64,000 nucleotides of DNA from Dehalococcoidia bacterium. GTDB lineage: Bacteria > Chloroflexota > Dehalococcoidia > Plut-88900. The stretch covers positions 128,001 through 192,000 of the forward strand of contig CBDBLV010000003.1 of NCBI GenBank assembly GCA_965207225.1, in the 5' to 3' direction. Below the pieces are notes generated by a model. The model did no database searches and had not been told where the DNA came from. It saw only the letters and a list, made by a program, of their open reading frames with translations. Shown in pieces: positions 27,275-37,172 of this stretch. Positions within the stretch are counted from its first letter, which is position 1; each line of letters starts with the position of its first letter. A program made the translations under genes and the position numbers.

Positions 27275-28196
27275 ACTTGATCCTCGGGTCCAGGAACGCG
27301 TAGAGGACGTCGACGAGGAGGTTGGCCAAAACGAAGGAAACGGATATCAACAGAACAAGCGCCATGATTACCGGAAAGTCCCGATTGAATATCGAATCAA
27401 CAGCCAGCCTTCCTATCCCCGGGATCCCGTAAAGTTGCTCCGTAATAAACGCCCCCGTCACCAGGTCTCCAAGCGAAAGCCCGACAACCGTGACTATGGG
27501 AATGATGGAGTTACGTGCAATGTGCCGGCGACGCACCGTCCACTCTTTCAGCCCCTTGGCCCGAGCCGTGCGGATGTAGTCCTGGCCCAGGACGTCCAGC
27601 GTGCTCGCCCTCATCAGCCGGGTTAGGACCGCTATGCCCGGCACCCCCATCACCAGGGCCGGCATCAGGATCCGCATATCGAAAAAGCCCCCCCACCCCC
27701 CGCTGGGAAGGACGTCCAGCCAGACCACGAATATCAGCGCCAGGATAGGCGCGGTCACCAGCACGGGAATCGATACAAAAAAGAGCGTGGTCGCCACTAT
27801 TACGGGGTCGACCCACCTCCCCTGGTTCAGCGCTGCAATGAGCCCTAGCGGCACCCCTCCCATCACCGAGACTATCATCGCCGCCAGCCCCAACTGCGCC
27901 GACACCCAAATCTTGCCCGCGATCAGGCTGGACACCCGCTCTCCGCGGAAGGTGAAGCTCTCGCCCAGGTCTCCCTGTACCGCATTCCAAACGTACCTGC
28001 CGTACTGCACGAAGAACGGGTCGTCCAGGCCGCGTTGCTCCTTGATTCGGGCAATGACTTCCGGGTCTCGGTGCTGGCCCGCCAGGACCGACACCGGGTC
28101 CCCCGGCCCGTAGGTGCCCAGCGCGAACGTGACGAAGGAAACTACAAGTAATACAACGGGCACCCAAAGCATCCTTCGAAGGATGTAGGCCTTCAT
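27267..28196 (-). CDS. Opp/Dpp ABC permease (OppB-like)
   Basis: PGDP, GLDDPFFVQY, DYIRTARAKGL, YAFLDPRI. Confidence 0.95.
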   Translation of the reverse strand: MKAYILRRMLWVPVVLLVVSFVTFALGTYGPGDPVSVLAGQHRDPEVIARIKEQRGLDDPFFVQYGRYVWNAVQGDLGESFTFRGERVSSLIAGKIWVSAQLGLAAMIVSVMGGVPLGLIAALNQGRWVDPVIVATTLFFVSIPVLVTAPILALIFVVWLDVLPSGGWGGFFDMRILMPALVMGVPGIAVLTRLMRASTLDVLGQDYIRTARAKGLKEWTVRRRHIARNSIIPIVTVVGLSLGDLVTGAFITEQLYGIPGIGRLAVDSIFNRDFPVIMALVLLISVSFVLANLLVDVLYAFLDPRIKYD

Positions 28197-28268
28197 CTAC
28201 GCCTCCGGTAGTTGGATAGTGCCCTCCTACCGAACACCGAATAACCGATGTCTACCTTAGATGAGATC

Positions 28269-28676
28269 TTAGACCTCGCGCCAACCCGAGCCTCTCGCGA
28301 GGTCTAGAGCGTACTGCTTCTGCTTTTCCCTATCATTAGCAACACTGGCGGGTAGAACAATGTCCGCGTGATAGGGGTTCTCATCGCCAATGGGGGAAGC
28401 AACTACTGTACGGCCTTTTTTACTGACTGCTTCGGCCGTTACGGTCGCCCATCCGCAAAACTCACCTTCCCGGTTTGCAGCCCGCCTCCGGGCTATTGCA
28501 ATGGCTTCATCTGGTGGAGCAACACTCAATCTATCGACCGAAATGCTCGTCTGTCCTATCGGGGGTAGAAAAACACTGTAAGGCACACGACCTTTGCTCG
28601 CCCGCCTGGCTGCTCTTGCTGAATAGATGCCCCGACCCAACTCTTCCCACTCGGCAACAATGTCAGGGACTGGCAT
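28269..28676 (-). CDS. Hypothetical protein, possible ART/RES-like toxin fold
   Basis: 135-aa ORF with R...F...SVDR...NPYHADI pattern, lower GC. Confidence 0.65.
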   Translation of the reverse strand: MPVPDIVAEWEELGRGIYSARAARRASKGRVPYSVFLPPIGQTSISVDRLSVAPPDEAIAIARRRAANREGEFCGWATVTAEAVSKKGRTVVASPIGDENPYHADIVLPASVANDREKQKQYALDLARGSGWREV

Positions 28677-28681
28677 ATAAG

Positions 28682-29089
28682 CTAGCCGGGCGCCTGCTCC
28701 AGAGAGTAAAACTCTTTAACCAGGGATTCGTCCGGGAGATCTTCGGTTGACGGGTACCTGCGGATGCGTTGCTCGTCATTAATGTGTACCAGGCAGAGGA
28801 CCTCGCCCGCAGGCTCGCACAGGACCAACACCGCAGACCCTCGGTCATTTCGTGCATCGATAGCGACTTCGCCATCTGGGTTAGGATACACCTCAAAGCG
28901 ATGAGGCCAGACAACGTAAAGTTTTCTCAAGAGCTGCTCGGACCTATCAAGCAATTCCTGGTCGGGTATGGGGAACCCGTCCTCCCGAGCCTCTTCACAC
29001 GCGTCCGCAAGGTCCGCTAGCGCATCCGCGAGGTCCTGTGGAGTGCCGTTGGAATCTTCCCCTACGTTCTGTATTGTACGCTCGCGCAT
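28682..29089 (-). CDS. Hypothetical acidic protein, partner of the downstream ORF
   Basis: 135 aa, GGAG RBS, 5-nt gap to the next ORF. Confidence 0.65.
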   Translation of the reverse strand: MRERTIQNVGEDSNGTPQDLADALADLADACEEAREDGFPIPDQELLDRSEQLLRKLYVVWPHRFEVYPNPDGEVAIDARNDRGSAVLVLCEPAGEVLCLVHINDEQRIRRYPSTEDLPDESLVKEFYSLEQAPG

Positions 29090-29170
29090 GACGTCTCCAG
29101 CGCTGTAGCCCGACCCCTTCAGGAATCGGACTACAGCTTACCACACGCCCCCGATTCAACCTTGTCGCGC

Positions 29171-30937
29171 CTACTCCGACTCTATGTGTATAAACCTCAG
29201 CTTCGATATCGGAAGCGGCGAGAGCACGTAGCCCTTGATGTGCGGCTTTATCAGCACGTACCGGTCACCTTCGTACCAGCGGGGGATCCAGGGCACGTCG
29301 CTGACTATCAGCTGCTCGGCTTCCTGGTAGAGCGCTATCCGGGTCTCGACGTCCTTCTCCGTCCGCGCCTGCTCTAGCAAACCGTCCACCTGTGAGTTGG
29401 AGTAGCCCGTATGGTTGTTGGCGCTCTCCGAATGGAACAGGATGTCCAGGAAGTTCTGCGGGTCCGGGTAGTCCGCCACCCACCCGAGGGTGAACATCTG
29501 GTACCGACGCCTGTCAACGTCGTTCAGGAACGTCGCAAACTCCGACTGCTGCACCTCCACGTTTACCCCCAGCAGCTCCTGCCACACGGCCAGGATGACC
29601 TCCGTGTCGAGACCCACCGCCCCTCCGCCCCCCGGCACCGACAGAATAATGGTCGGCAGTTCGGCCGCGGCCAGCCTCGAGGCCTCTGCGAGCGCAATCA
29701 GCCGGCTCTCGTCGTCCGTTGCTGCATCAGCCTGGGCAACGAAGCCCGCTACCTCGGGGATCGCCCGACCATAGCTCGAATCCGCCAGCGACCTCATGGC
29801 CGTCTCGATATCGTATCGAAGTCCCAGTAGGTTCTGGTTGTGGCCCGGGAACCCCGGCGGCAGGATGCCGTAAGCCGGCACCACCAGGTTCGAGAGCACG
29901 GCCTCCGCTATCAACTCCTTGTTGATGGCCAGAGCCAGTGCCTGCCGCACCTTTGGATCGTCGAATGGCGCCATCTGGGTGTTGAATCCGAAATAGCTGA
30001 CGCTGTAGTCCGGCGGCGCGATCTGGAGGTCCCGGTTGATGGGCTCGGTCGGGTCCAGGACTCGGTCGATGTCCGCAAGCCCCACGCCCGTGAAATCTAT
30101 CTCATCGTTCTCGTACATCGTCATCCCGACTCCCCCGCTCAGGATCAGGTTGACGGCGTTCAGGTGGGCCGGCTCCCGGTAGTAGAGGTCGTTCCTCTCC
30201 AGCCGGATCCTCTCCCCAATCTCCCATTCCGTCAGCCGGAACGGGCCCGTGGCGTTGGGTCTCGACGTCCAGTCGGCCCCCGACTCCACATTCTCCTGGT
30301 CAACCACGAATGCCGTCGGATACGTGAGCTTGGCCAGGAAATAAGGCTTCGGAGCATCGATGGTGATTTCCAGGGTGTAGTCGTCCAGCACCCGTATGCC
30401 GGTTACATTGTCGGCGGCGCCCCTCAGCTTCGCCGAAGCCCCGACTATGTCGTTCAAATAGAGGTCCGCAACCGTCGACTCCGTCCTCGGGTCCAGGGCC
30501 CGCTCCATGGAGTACTTGAAGTCGTGGGCCGTAACGTCCTTGCCGTCGTGGAACTTGACATCCTGTCGGAGATAGAACGTGAAAGTCCGTTCGTCGTTGC
30601 TGATGTCCCACCTCTCGGCGATGTCCGGGACGATATTGAGGTCCGGATCAATGGTCACTAGACCGCTGAACACCTCTATCACGACAAAAGCGGAACTGGT
30701 GTCCGAGGTCAGGGCAGGGTCGAGGGTCGGTGGATCTGAAAACAGACGCGTAAATTCGCCCCCCGACCCCGTGGAAGCGGAGTCGGTGGATTCCGCCGGA
30801 GCTTCGGATGGGGTGGTGGGGACTGGGGTGGGGGTCGGCTGGAGGGTGGGGCCCTCGTCACCGCCTCCGCAAGCGACTGCTACCAGCAGGGCAACAAGTG
30901 CAAGGGCCAGTGTTAACAATATGGTATTTCGACGCAT
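29171..30937 (-). CDS. Peptide ABC substrate-binding lipoprotein (OppA-like)
   Basis: Lipobox AVAC, DPPTLDP, KFHDG..VTAHDFKYS, PFDDPKVRQA, GWVADYPDP; AGGAG RBS before ATG 30937. Confidence 0.95.
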   Translation of the reverse strand: MRRNTILLTLALALVALLVAVACGGGDEGPTLQPTPTPVPTTPSEAPAESTDSASTGSGGEFTRLFSDPPTLDPALTSDTSSAFVVIEVFSGLVTIDPDLNIVPDIAERWDISNDERTFTFYLRQDVKFHDGKDVTAHDFKYSMERALDPRTESTVADLYLNDIVGASAKLRGAADNVTGIRVLDDYTLEITIDAPKPYFLAKLTYPTAFVVDQENVESGADWTSRPNATGPFRLTEWEIGERIRLERNDLYYREPAHLNAVNLILSGGVGMTMYENDEIDFTGVGLADIDRVLDPTEPINRDLQIAPPDYSVSYFGFNTQMAPFDDPKVRQALALAINKELIAEAVLSNLVVPAYGILPPGFPGHNQNLLGLRYDIETAMRSLADSSYGRAIPEVAGFVAQADAATDDESRLIALAEASRLAAAELPTIILSVPGGGGAVGLDTEVILAVWQELLGVNVEVQQSEFATFLNDVDRRRYQMFTLGWVADYPDPQNFLDILFHSESANNHTGYSNSQVDGLLEQARTEKDVETRIALYQEAEQLIVSDVPWIPRWYEGDRYVLIKPHIKGYVLSPLPISKLRFIHIESE

Positions 30938-31119
30938 TACTCTCCTCATCACGTCAAGCACGAGACTGGGGGTCCCGCTGTTTGGCTATAGTAGCCACAA
31001 GGATATTCGGTATCAAGGTTAGTGGCTTCAAGTAAATAAACGCACAACGCCAGGGAAAGTTACCTCGACTGTAGAGGTAGAACGAACCCCCTTAACCACC
31101 CTACCCCCCGACCCCCCTC

Positions 31120-31312
31120 CCATTCCGATGCCCCGCGAGGAATCTAACGCGCCAGCCCACCAAGCACCCCCATCATCCCCGCCCACCCTATGCCGTCATT
31201 CCTGCGGAGGCAGGAATCCATCCCTCCTGAATAATCACCTCCAACTCCGCAACTCACCCCACCCCCGACTCCACACATTCCCACTCCGAGACCCCGCGAG
31301 GAATCTAAGGCG
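31120..31312. repeat. REP-like palindromes (ATTCC...GGAATC type)
   Basis: Related palindromes near 11110, 34298-34432, 39166-39312, 39997-40022, 40220-40270. Confidence 0.65.
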
Positions 31313-31330
31313 TCTCTGCCACTAAGCGCT

Positions 31331-31681
31331 CTAGTCCAAGATCAGAGCTATGATCTGAACGATGACACTCGCGAAGGCAAGCACACCCGTGATCGTGGCT
31401 ATGGATACTGCGAACCAGTTTTTCTTAAGCCAGACTCTCTTAGGATATTTGAGCTGCTCTAAATAATTAAGCCCTTTAAGAGTTGTACGGGCATTGTCTG
31501 GGTCTACATATCCTGCGCGGCTCAAGAGATAGAAGGCATACTCATGCTGGAATCGCACAAAGGCCTTGAAATGCACCTCTGTCGCAGCGTCCAGAACCTT
31601 TATCATCTCCTCTTTAAGCTGGTTATTTATACCGCTCACCCGCAACATTCTCCACTCAATTTTCTGGCCAATGTGAATCAA
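31331..31681 (-). CDS. Hypothetical protein with C-terminal TM helix
   Basis: Low-GC ORF downstream of the MTase; start uncertain. Confidence 0.5.
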   Translation of the reverse strand: MIHIGQKIEWRMLRVSGINNQLKEEMIKVLDAATEVHFKAFVRFQHEYAFYLLSRAGYVDPDNARTTLKGLNYLEQLKYPKRVWLKKNWFAVSIATITGVLAFASVIVQIIALILD

Positions 31682-32081
31682 GATTTTGAACTACCGCGCG
31701 AAAACCCTCTAACGCGTCGTTTTTCTTGGAAGACTCCTCAGCAGAGTCATTCCTGGCTTCACCTATTTCAGTATCTTGAAATATTGACACAAGGAATAAT
31801 GTGGTCTCAGCCTCGCGAAGTTTAGGTAGCACGAAACTCCTAACCCCTGCACCTGTAACCTTATCTAAAGTTTGCAGAGAGTAAGTCAAGGCCATCATCA
31901 ATGCCGTGACTTGCCCATCCAAATACCCTATACGGTCCAAGTTATCGGCCGTTGACTTAACCAGCATTTTATTTGTTTCTATGAGTTTCCTTATGACTTC
32001 CTCAGTATCAGATAATGCTACCTTGTTTTCCAAAGTCATCTTCTTGGTTTCTAGTAGCTCTAGACGGTCATTCATATCCAT
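31656..32081 (-). CDS. Hypothetical coiled-coil protein
   Basis: AAGGAG RBS, low GC, directly after the MTase-HNH gene. Confidence 0.6.
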   Translation of the reverse strand: MDMNDRLELLETKKMTLENKVALSDTEEVIRKLIETNKMLVKSTADNLDRIGYLDGQVTALMMALTYSLQTLDKVTGAGVRSFVLPKLREAETTLFLVSIFQDTEIGEARNDSAEESSKKNDALEGFRAVVQNLDSHWPEN

Positions 32082-32096
32082 GATTTCTCCTTATTC

Positions 32097-33479
32097 CTAG
32101 CCCCCCAACCTCGCCACCAGATAAGCCATATCCCGATCCCCCTTGATCCGGTTGCAATTCGGGCACAATAGCTGCAGATTGTCCGGGTGGTCCGACCCCC
32201 CACGACTCCTCGGCACCACGTGGTCCACCTCCATGATCCTGAACAGAAACTCCACCTTGCACCCCGCACACCTCCCCTCCTGCCGACCAAACAGCACGTG
32301 CTTCTGCTTCCGATACGGTATCGGCGCATCGATATCCGTCCGACGCGGGATGTCCGTCCGGGCCGTCACCAGCCGTTCATGGAACAGGTCTCCCATGAAC
32401 TCCCGCAGCCGCATGTTCACCAATTCGACAGCCTTCTCTGAGATATCGATCCCCACCCACTTCCTCCCCAGCTTCTCCGCCGCTACGCAAGCCGTCGCAC
32501 ACCCGCAAAACGGGTCCAGCACCACATCCCCCTCATTCGACGATGCTGAGATGATACGCTCCAACAGGGCGAGCGGCTTCTGGGTAGGGTAGCCTGTTCG
32601 CTCTTTTGCGTGGGGTTGGACAGGCCTTATATCTGTCCACTGATCTTGTAGAGGGACTCCGGGCATTTCATCGAGATACCGTTTGTATTGAGGCACAGCA
32701 CCTGGTTTAGTTTGGACTATGCGGCCCTCCTTAATGAGTTGTGCCATCCGTTCTTCACTGTATCGCCAATATCTGGTAACTCCCATTACCTCATATATGG
32801 GGTTGCCCTTTGCGGCCCCACCTGGCCCCGTTAAATCCCCTAACCGATATCTTCTGCCAGTTTCAGGCTCTACGTGACGATAGAAACGGTCTACATAGTC
32901 CTCGTCGTATTCGGTATAGAGTGGGTTCCACGTCCAGTTATTGCCATTAGAGTAGAAGAGCAGCGAGTCGCGTATGCGTCCGTGTTGTCGTCGGCCTTGC
33001 TTGGTGTCACTGTGGGCACTACTCCGTTTCCAAGATATGTCACTCAGGAAGTTCCTCATCCCAAATATCGAATCCATCAACAACTTCAGGTAGTGCCCCG
33101 CTGTAGGGTCGCAGTGCAGGTATATCGACCCCGTACCTTTCAACACCCGGCGCATCTCCAGCAGCCGCACCGCCATCATGCACAGGTAGGACTGCATCCC
33201 CTTTCCGTGCGTCAGCCTCGCCGTCTCTATCACCTTGTACATCGCCGGCTGCTCATCCGCTATCAGCCCCATCCACGCCGTGTCCAGGTCCGACAGCGTC
33301 CACGTGTCCTTGAACGCCGCCCCCGCCGCCCGCGACCCGACCGGCGCAGCATAGTTCCGGTTCGAATTGAACGGCGGATCGAGATATATCAAATCCACCG
33401 ACTCGGAGTTCAACCCCCTCAAAATATCGAGGTTGTCCCCCGTCCAGATCGTCTTGTCCACAAAATTCGCTTCAGCCAT
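32097..33479 (-). CDS. N6/N4 DNA methyltransferase (beta class) fused to C-terminal HNH endonuclease
   Basis: LIYLDPPF, YPTQKP, LDPFCGC; CxxC...DHVVPRSRGG...NLQLLCPNCNRIK. Confidence 0.92.
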   Translation of the reverse strand: MAEANFVDKTIWTGDNLDILRGLNSESVDLIYLDPPFNSNRNYAAPVGSRAAGAAFKDTWTLSDLDTAWMGLIADEQPAMYKVIETARLTHGKGMQSYLCMMAVRLLEMRRVLKGTGSIYLHCDPTAGHYLKLLMDSIFGMRNFLSDISWKRSSAHSDTKQGRRQHGRIRDSLLFYSNGNNWTWNPLYTEYDEDYVDRFYRHVEPETGRRYRLGDLTGPGGAAKGNPIYEVMGVTRYWRYSEERMAQLIKEGRIVQTKPGAVPQYKRYLDEMPGVPLQDQWTDIRPVQPHAKERTGYPTQKPLALLERIISASSNEGDVVLDPFCGCATACVAAEKLGRKWVGIDISEKAVELVNMRLREFMGDLFHERLVTARTDIPRRTDIDAPIPYRKQKHVLFGRQEGRCAGCKVEFLFRIMEVDHVVPRSRGGSDHPDNLQLLCPNCNRIKGDRDMAYLVARLGG

Positions 33480-33641
33480 GCCGTCCAGTTTACTGAAACA
33501 AGGCTATACCCTCAAAGCCCCTACCTCCCATCTTCCCCACCCCCGACCTGGAATCCATCCCTCCCTTCAAGAAATCAAAGTAATCCCTTAATCCCATAAA
33601 TCACAGTTCAGACATTCCCCAAAAAAGCCGCACATTTGCTC

Positions 33642-33670
33642 TTGACACACCTGTCCGATCGTACTATCAT
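33642..33670 (+). promoter_or_regulatory. sigma70-type promoter of composite element copy 2
   Basis: TTGACA-17-TATCAT. Confidence 0.75.
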
Positions 33671-33899
33671 ATCCTGCGTTCGATCGAACACTAACTCACA
33701 TCATCAAAGGAGGAACCAAAAACCCAGGGAAGCCCCGAGACCCGACCGAGGACTCAACGCCCTAGCCCATCCCAAGACCTCTCCCCTCTCTTGCAGGGGC
33801 GACCGGCCAATCGCCCCCCTCGCGAGACAGGCAGGTTGCGGCACAAGCGAACAGCGCCATCTCCTCACCACAGGCCCCGTGCCCCTTCCCTGACACCCA

Positions 33900-34204
33900 G
33901 GCGATGGAAAGACGTTCTGGCCTAAGCTGTTCCCGTTAGGCCTAACCCCGCATTAGCGGGCCCAGGCCTTGCCCCAGGCGCGTTGGTGGCGCGCCAAGTG
34001 GGCCGGCGCCGATATGGCGTCCGGCGGCAGTAACCTTTCGTTCCTGCTCACCACAGGAGCAGGTATGGCCGTGACCCAATTAAACACGGCTGATAGCATT
34101 TCATTCCTTCGGCCCCTGGGCCGGTGCGCCTCCCCTGGGCGCATGTCTAAAATCTGCCCGAATGGGAACAGGGGCACAGCCTCCGGCCAGCGTCTTCCAT
34201 CGCC
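33900..34204 (+). ncRNA. Putative structured RNA cassette, copy 2
   Basis: Long closing stem GGCGATGGAAAGACG..CTGGCC / GGCCAGCGTCTTCCATCGCC plus about seven internal hairpins. Confidence 0.55.
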
Positions 34205-34726
34205 GACCCAGAACCCAGTAGCCAGAACAAAATGAATACCCAACCCCCACAAACCAACAACCCAAAATCCCTCACCACCATTCCCGCTCTTTATATCGTC
34301 ATTCCCGAGGAAAGCCTGCCCCCGAGAAGTCGGGGGGGAATCCATCCCTCCGAAACAATCACCCACAACCCCGCAGTTCACCCCATCCCCTCCCTTCCTT
34401 ATCCGTCATTCCGGCCCCCGAGCCGGAATCCATCCCCGGTGCATGGGGTGAGGGTTCCGCCCTCCCGTTCCTTAAACAATCAAAGCCGTGCCTGAAACTG
34501 CAAAACAATCAAAGACCCGCCACGCGAAATCCCCAGAAATCCCTTCAGGCGTCATTCAATCAAAACAGCTACGAGTTCAATCAATGTTCAATCAAACTCA
34601 ATCATATTCAATCCACCTTCAATCATCTTTCCCGGTGGCAGGTCGGGCCCGTTCCCTCACGTTGACACCCGACACGGCGGAGCGATAGCATAGGCTCCTA
34701 CTCGATCCCCACCCACACCCACGGAG

Positions 34727-35143
34727 GTGGCCCCATTGGCGGATACTAATCGACCCCTGCCCACACCTACCCCCGAGACCAAGCCCTACTGGGACGCCCT
34801 CAGGGAGCACAAGCTCCTCATCCAGCGCTGCAAGGACTGCGACAAGGCCTATTTCTACCCTCGTCCCTTCTGCCCCACCTACCTCTGCAAGGACGTCGAG
34901 TGGTTCGAGGCCAGCGGTAAGGGCACCCTTTACTCCTTCGTCATCAACCACAGGCCGGCCCCTGGCTTCGGCCCCGACCCCTACGTCATCGCCGTCGTCG
35001 AGCTTGAAGAGGGCCCCAGGATGATGACCAACCTGGTAGGCATCGATCCCGACCCCGACAAGATCCACTGCGACATGCCCGTCGTGATCGAATACCTGGA
35101 CGTCACCGACGAGGTGACCCTCCCCCAGTTCCGGCCCGCATGA
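34727..35143 (+). CDS. DUF35 Zn-ribbon/OB-fold protein (thiolase partner)
   Basis: PYWDA, QRCKDC..YPRPFCP, SGKGTLYSF, VELEEGPRM; start may be TTG 34736. Confidence 0.92.
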   Translation: MAPLADTNRPLPTPTPETKPYWDALREHKLLIQRCKDCDKAYFYPRPFCPTYLCKDVEWFEASGKGTLYSFVINHRPAPGFGPDPYVIAVVELEEGPRMMTNLVGIDPDPDKIHCDMPVVIEYLDVTDEVTLPQFRPA

Positions 35144-35170
35144 GCCCATTGACGCAACAAGGAGACTGAC

Positions 35171-36340
35171 ATGGCCCCGAAAGATTTACGCGGAAAGATC
35201 GCCATAGTCGGAGCTTCAGAGTCCGACGAGATGGGCAAGCTCCCCGATAAGTCCGTCCTCACCCTCCACTCCGAGGCCATCCGCAACGCCCTCGACGATG
35301 CCGGCCTCTCCCCCTCCGATGTCGACGGCCTCTTCGTCGCCGGCGGCTCCACCGAGACCTCCGTCAACGACCTGGTCGAATACCTGGGCATCGTGCCCCG
35401 GTACGTGGACAGCACGATAGTCGGGGGGTGCTCCTTCATCATGCATGTGGAGCACGCCATGCTGGCCCTGTCTGCGGGTGTAATCAACACCGCCGTCATA
35501 AGCCACGGCGAGAGCGGCCGGTCGAGGGTCGGGCTGCCCGGCTTCGCCGATGAGAGCGCAACCCACAACGGCCAGTTCGAAGACCCCTTCGGCACCTTCG
35601 GCCCAACCACCACCTTCTCGATTCCCGTGACCCGGCACATGCACAAGTACGGCACAACCCGGGAGCAGCTGGCCGAGGTGTCGGTGGCGACCCGGAAGTG
35701 GGCGATGATGCACCCCATGGCCCGCATGAAAGACCCCATCACCATCCAGGACGTGATGGAGGCCCGAATGATCTGCTGGCCCTTCACCCTCCTGATGTGC
35801 TGCCTCGTCACCGACGCCGGGGGCTCCATCGTCCTCACTACCGCCGACCGGGCCAAGGACCTGAAGCACAGGCCGGTCTATGTGCTCGGCACCGGCGAGG
35901 CCGTCTCCCACGAGCGGGTAAGCAGCATGAGGGACATGACCACATCCGACTGTGCCCGGAAGTCGGGGCAGGCGGCGTTCGAGATGGCCGGCGTGAAGCA
36001 CTCGGACATCGACGTGGCGGAGCTCTACGACGCCTTCTCCTTCACCCCGATGCTGGCGCTGGAGGACCTGGGGTTTGTCGGGCCTGGGGAGAGCGGGCCC
36101 TTCGTTGAGGGGCAAAGGACCGCGCCCGGCGGCGAGTTTCCGATGAACACCAACGGCGGAGGCTTGTCCTACACGCACTCGGGGATGTACGGGATGTTCA
36201 CGCTGATCGAGCTCACCCGACAGCTCCGCGGCGACCAGGGCGAGCGCCAGGTCAAGGACGCCAAGATCGGCATAGCCCACGGGCCGGGCGGCATGTTCGC
36301 CGCCGCCAGCACCCTCATCGCCGGCAACGAAATCCCGTAA
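35171..36340 (+). CDS. SCP2-like thiolase-family protein
   Basis: AIVGA, GGCS, CCLVTDAGG, ELYDAFS, NTNGGGLSYTH. Confidence 0.92.
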   Translation: MAPKDLRGKIAIVGASESDEMGKLPDKSVLTLHSEAIRNALDDAGLSPSDVDGLFVAGGSTETSVNDLVEYLGIVPRYVDSTIVGGCSFIMHVEHAMLALSAGVINTAVISHGESGRSRVGLPGFADESATHNGQFEDPFGTFGPTTTFSIPVTRHMHKYGTTREQLAEVSVATRKWAMMHPMARMKDPITIQDVMEARMICWPFTLLMCCLVTDAGGSIVLTTADRAKDLKHRPVYVLGTGEAVSHERVSSMRDMTTSDCARKSGQAAFEMAGVKHSDIDVAELYDAFSFTPMLALEDLGFVGPGESGPFVEGQRTAPGGEFPMNTNGGGLSYTHSGMYGMFTLIELTRQLRGDQGERQVKDAKIGIAHGPGGMFAAASTLIAGNEIP

Positions 36341-36352
36341 CGGAGGTTCTGC

Positions 36353-37096
36353 CTAAGGCGGCGTGACCAGGGCTATCACGCGCTCCCCAATCGGCTGGAC
36401 GGGCCGGTTGTTGGGCCCTCCAGTCAGGCCGAGCAAGGCATCCATCTGAGCTTTGGATACAGTCATCGACTGGCGTAGGACATACCAGTCCACGGGCTCA
36501 TCGCAGGGCGGGGTGGTTTTGGAGCCATCGTAGCGGTAGTAGGAGAGGTCTGGGGGTAGGGTGGCGAGGAGGGGAATGCGAGCATCCGAAGACTCACCCA
36601 GGGGTGGAGCAGCGTCGAGAATTGACTGCGCTACCGGATTAGCGTCTCCAAGCTCGAACAGCACGCCCACCACTGCAAGGTTCTCTGAGGAGTCGGCGTG
36701 GACTAGGTGAAGCTCGGCGGCGAAGCTCCGGCCATCAACGAGGTGCTCCGACGGCGAGTGGAAGTGGGCCGACTCCAGGTGAAAGTTCCTCCCCCGGAGC
36801 TCCGACACATTCCCTGGCCCGAATTCAGCCCTCACCTGCCTGCCGTCATTGTGGAGCGTGGCGTCCGCCTCTCTGAAGGCAAACGAGATAGCCTCAAGCT
36901 CCCCCGACTCATAGCCCGTGATGTCGATGGGGGACTGCTGCTTGCCGTTGGCGCAGGCGGAGAAGTCGGGGGAGAGGGAGGCCCAGTTCTCGGGGCCCCC
37001 AGGGCCTGAGTAGGCCCAGTCAACGAGGGTGTCTTGACTGCAAGCTGCCACGATAGCCTATAGCGAAACTACCAGGGCGACTGAGCATTTGGGCAT
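36353..37096 (-). pseudogene. Alpha-class carbonic anhydrase lipoprotein with in-frame TAG in the signal peptide
   Basis: QSPIDI, HFHSPSEH, ELHLVH, GSKTTPPC, NNRPVQP; N-terminus MPKCSVALVVSL*AIVAAC with TAG at 37058-37060. Confidence 0.75.
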
Positions 37097-37172
37097 GCCA
37101 GTGGGCACTCTATAATGCCGACCCGAAGCCGACACACTAGAGCGCCCACCGTATAAAGCCCTGCGTGATCGC

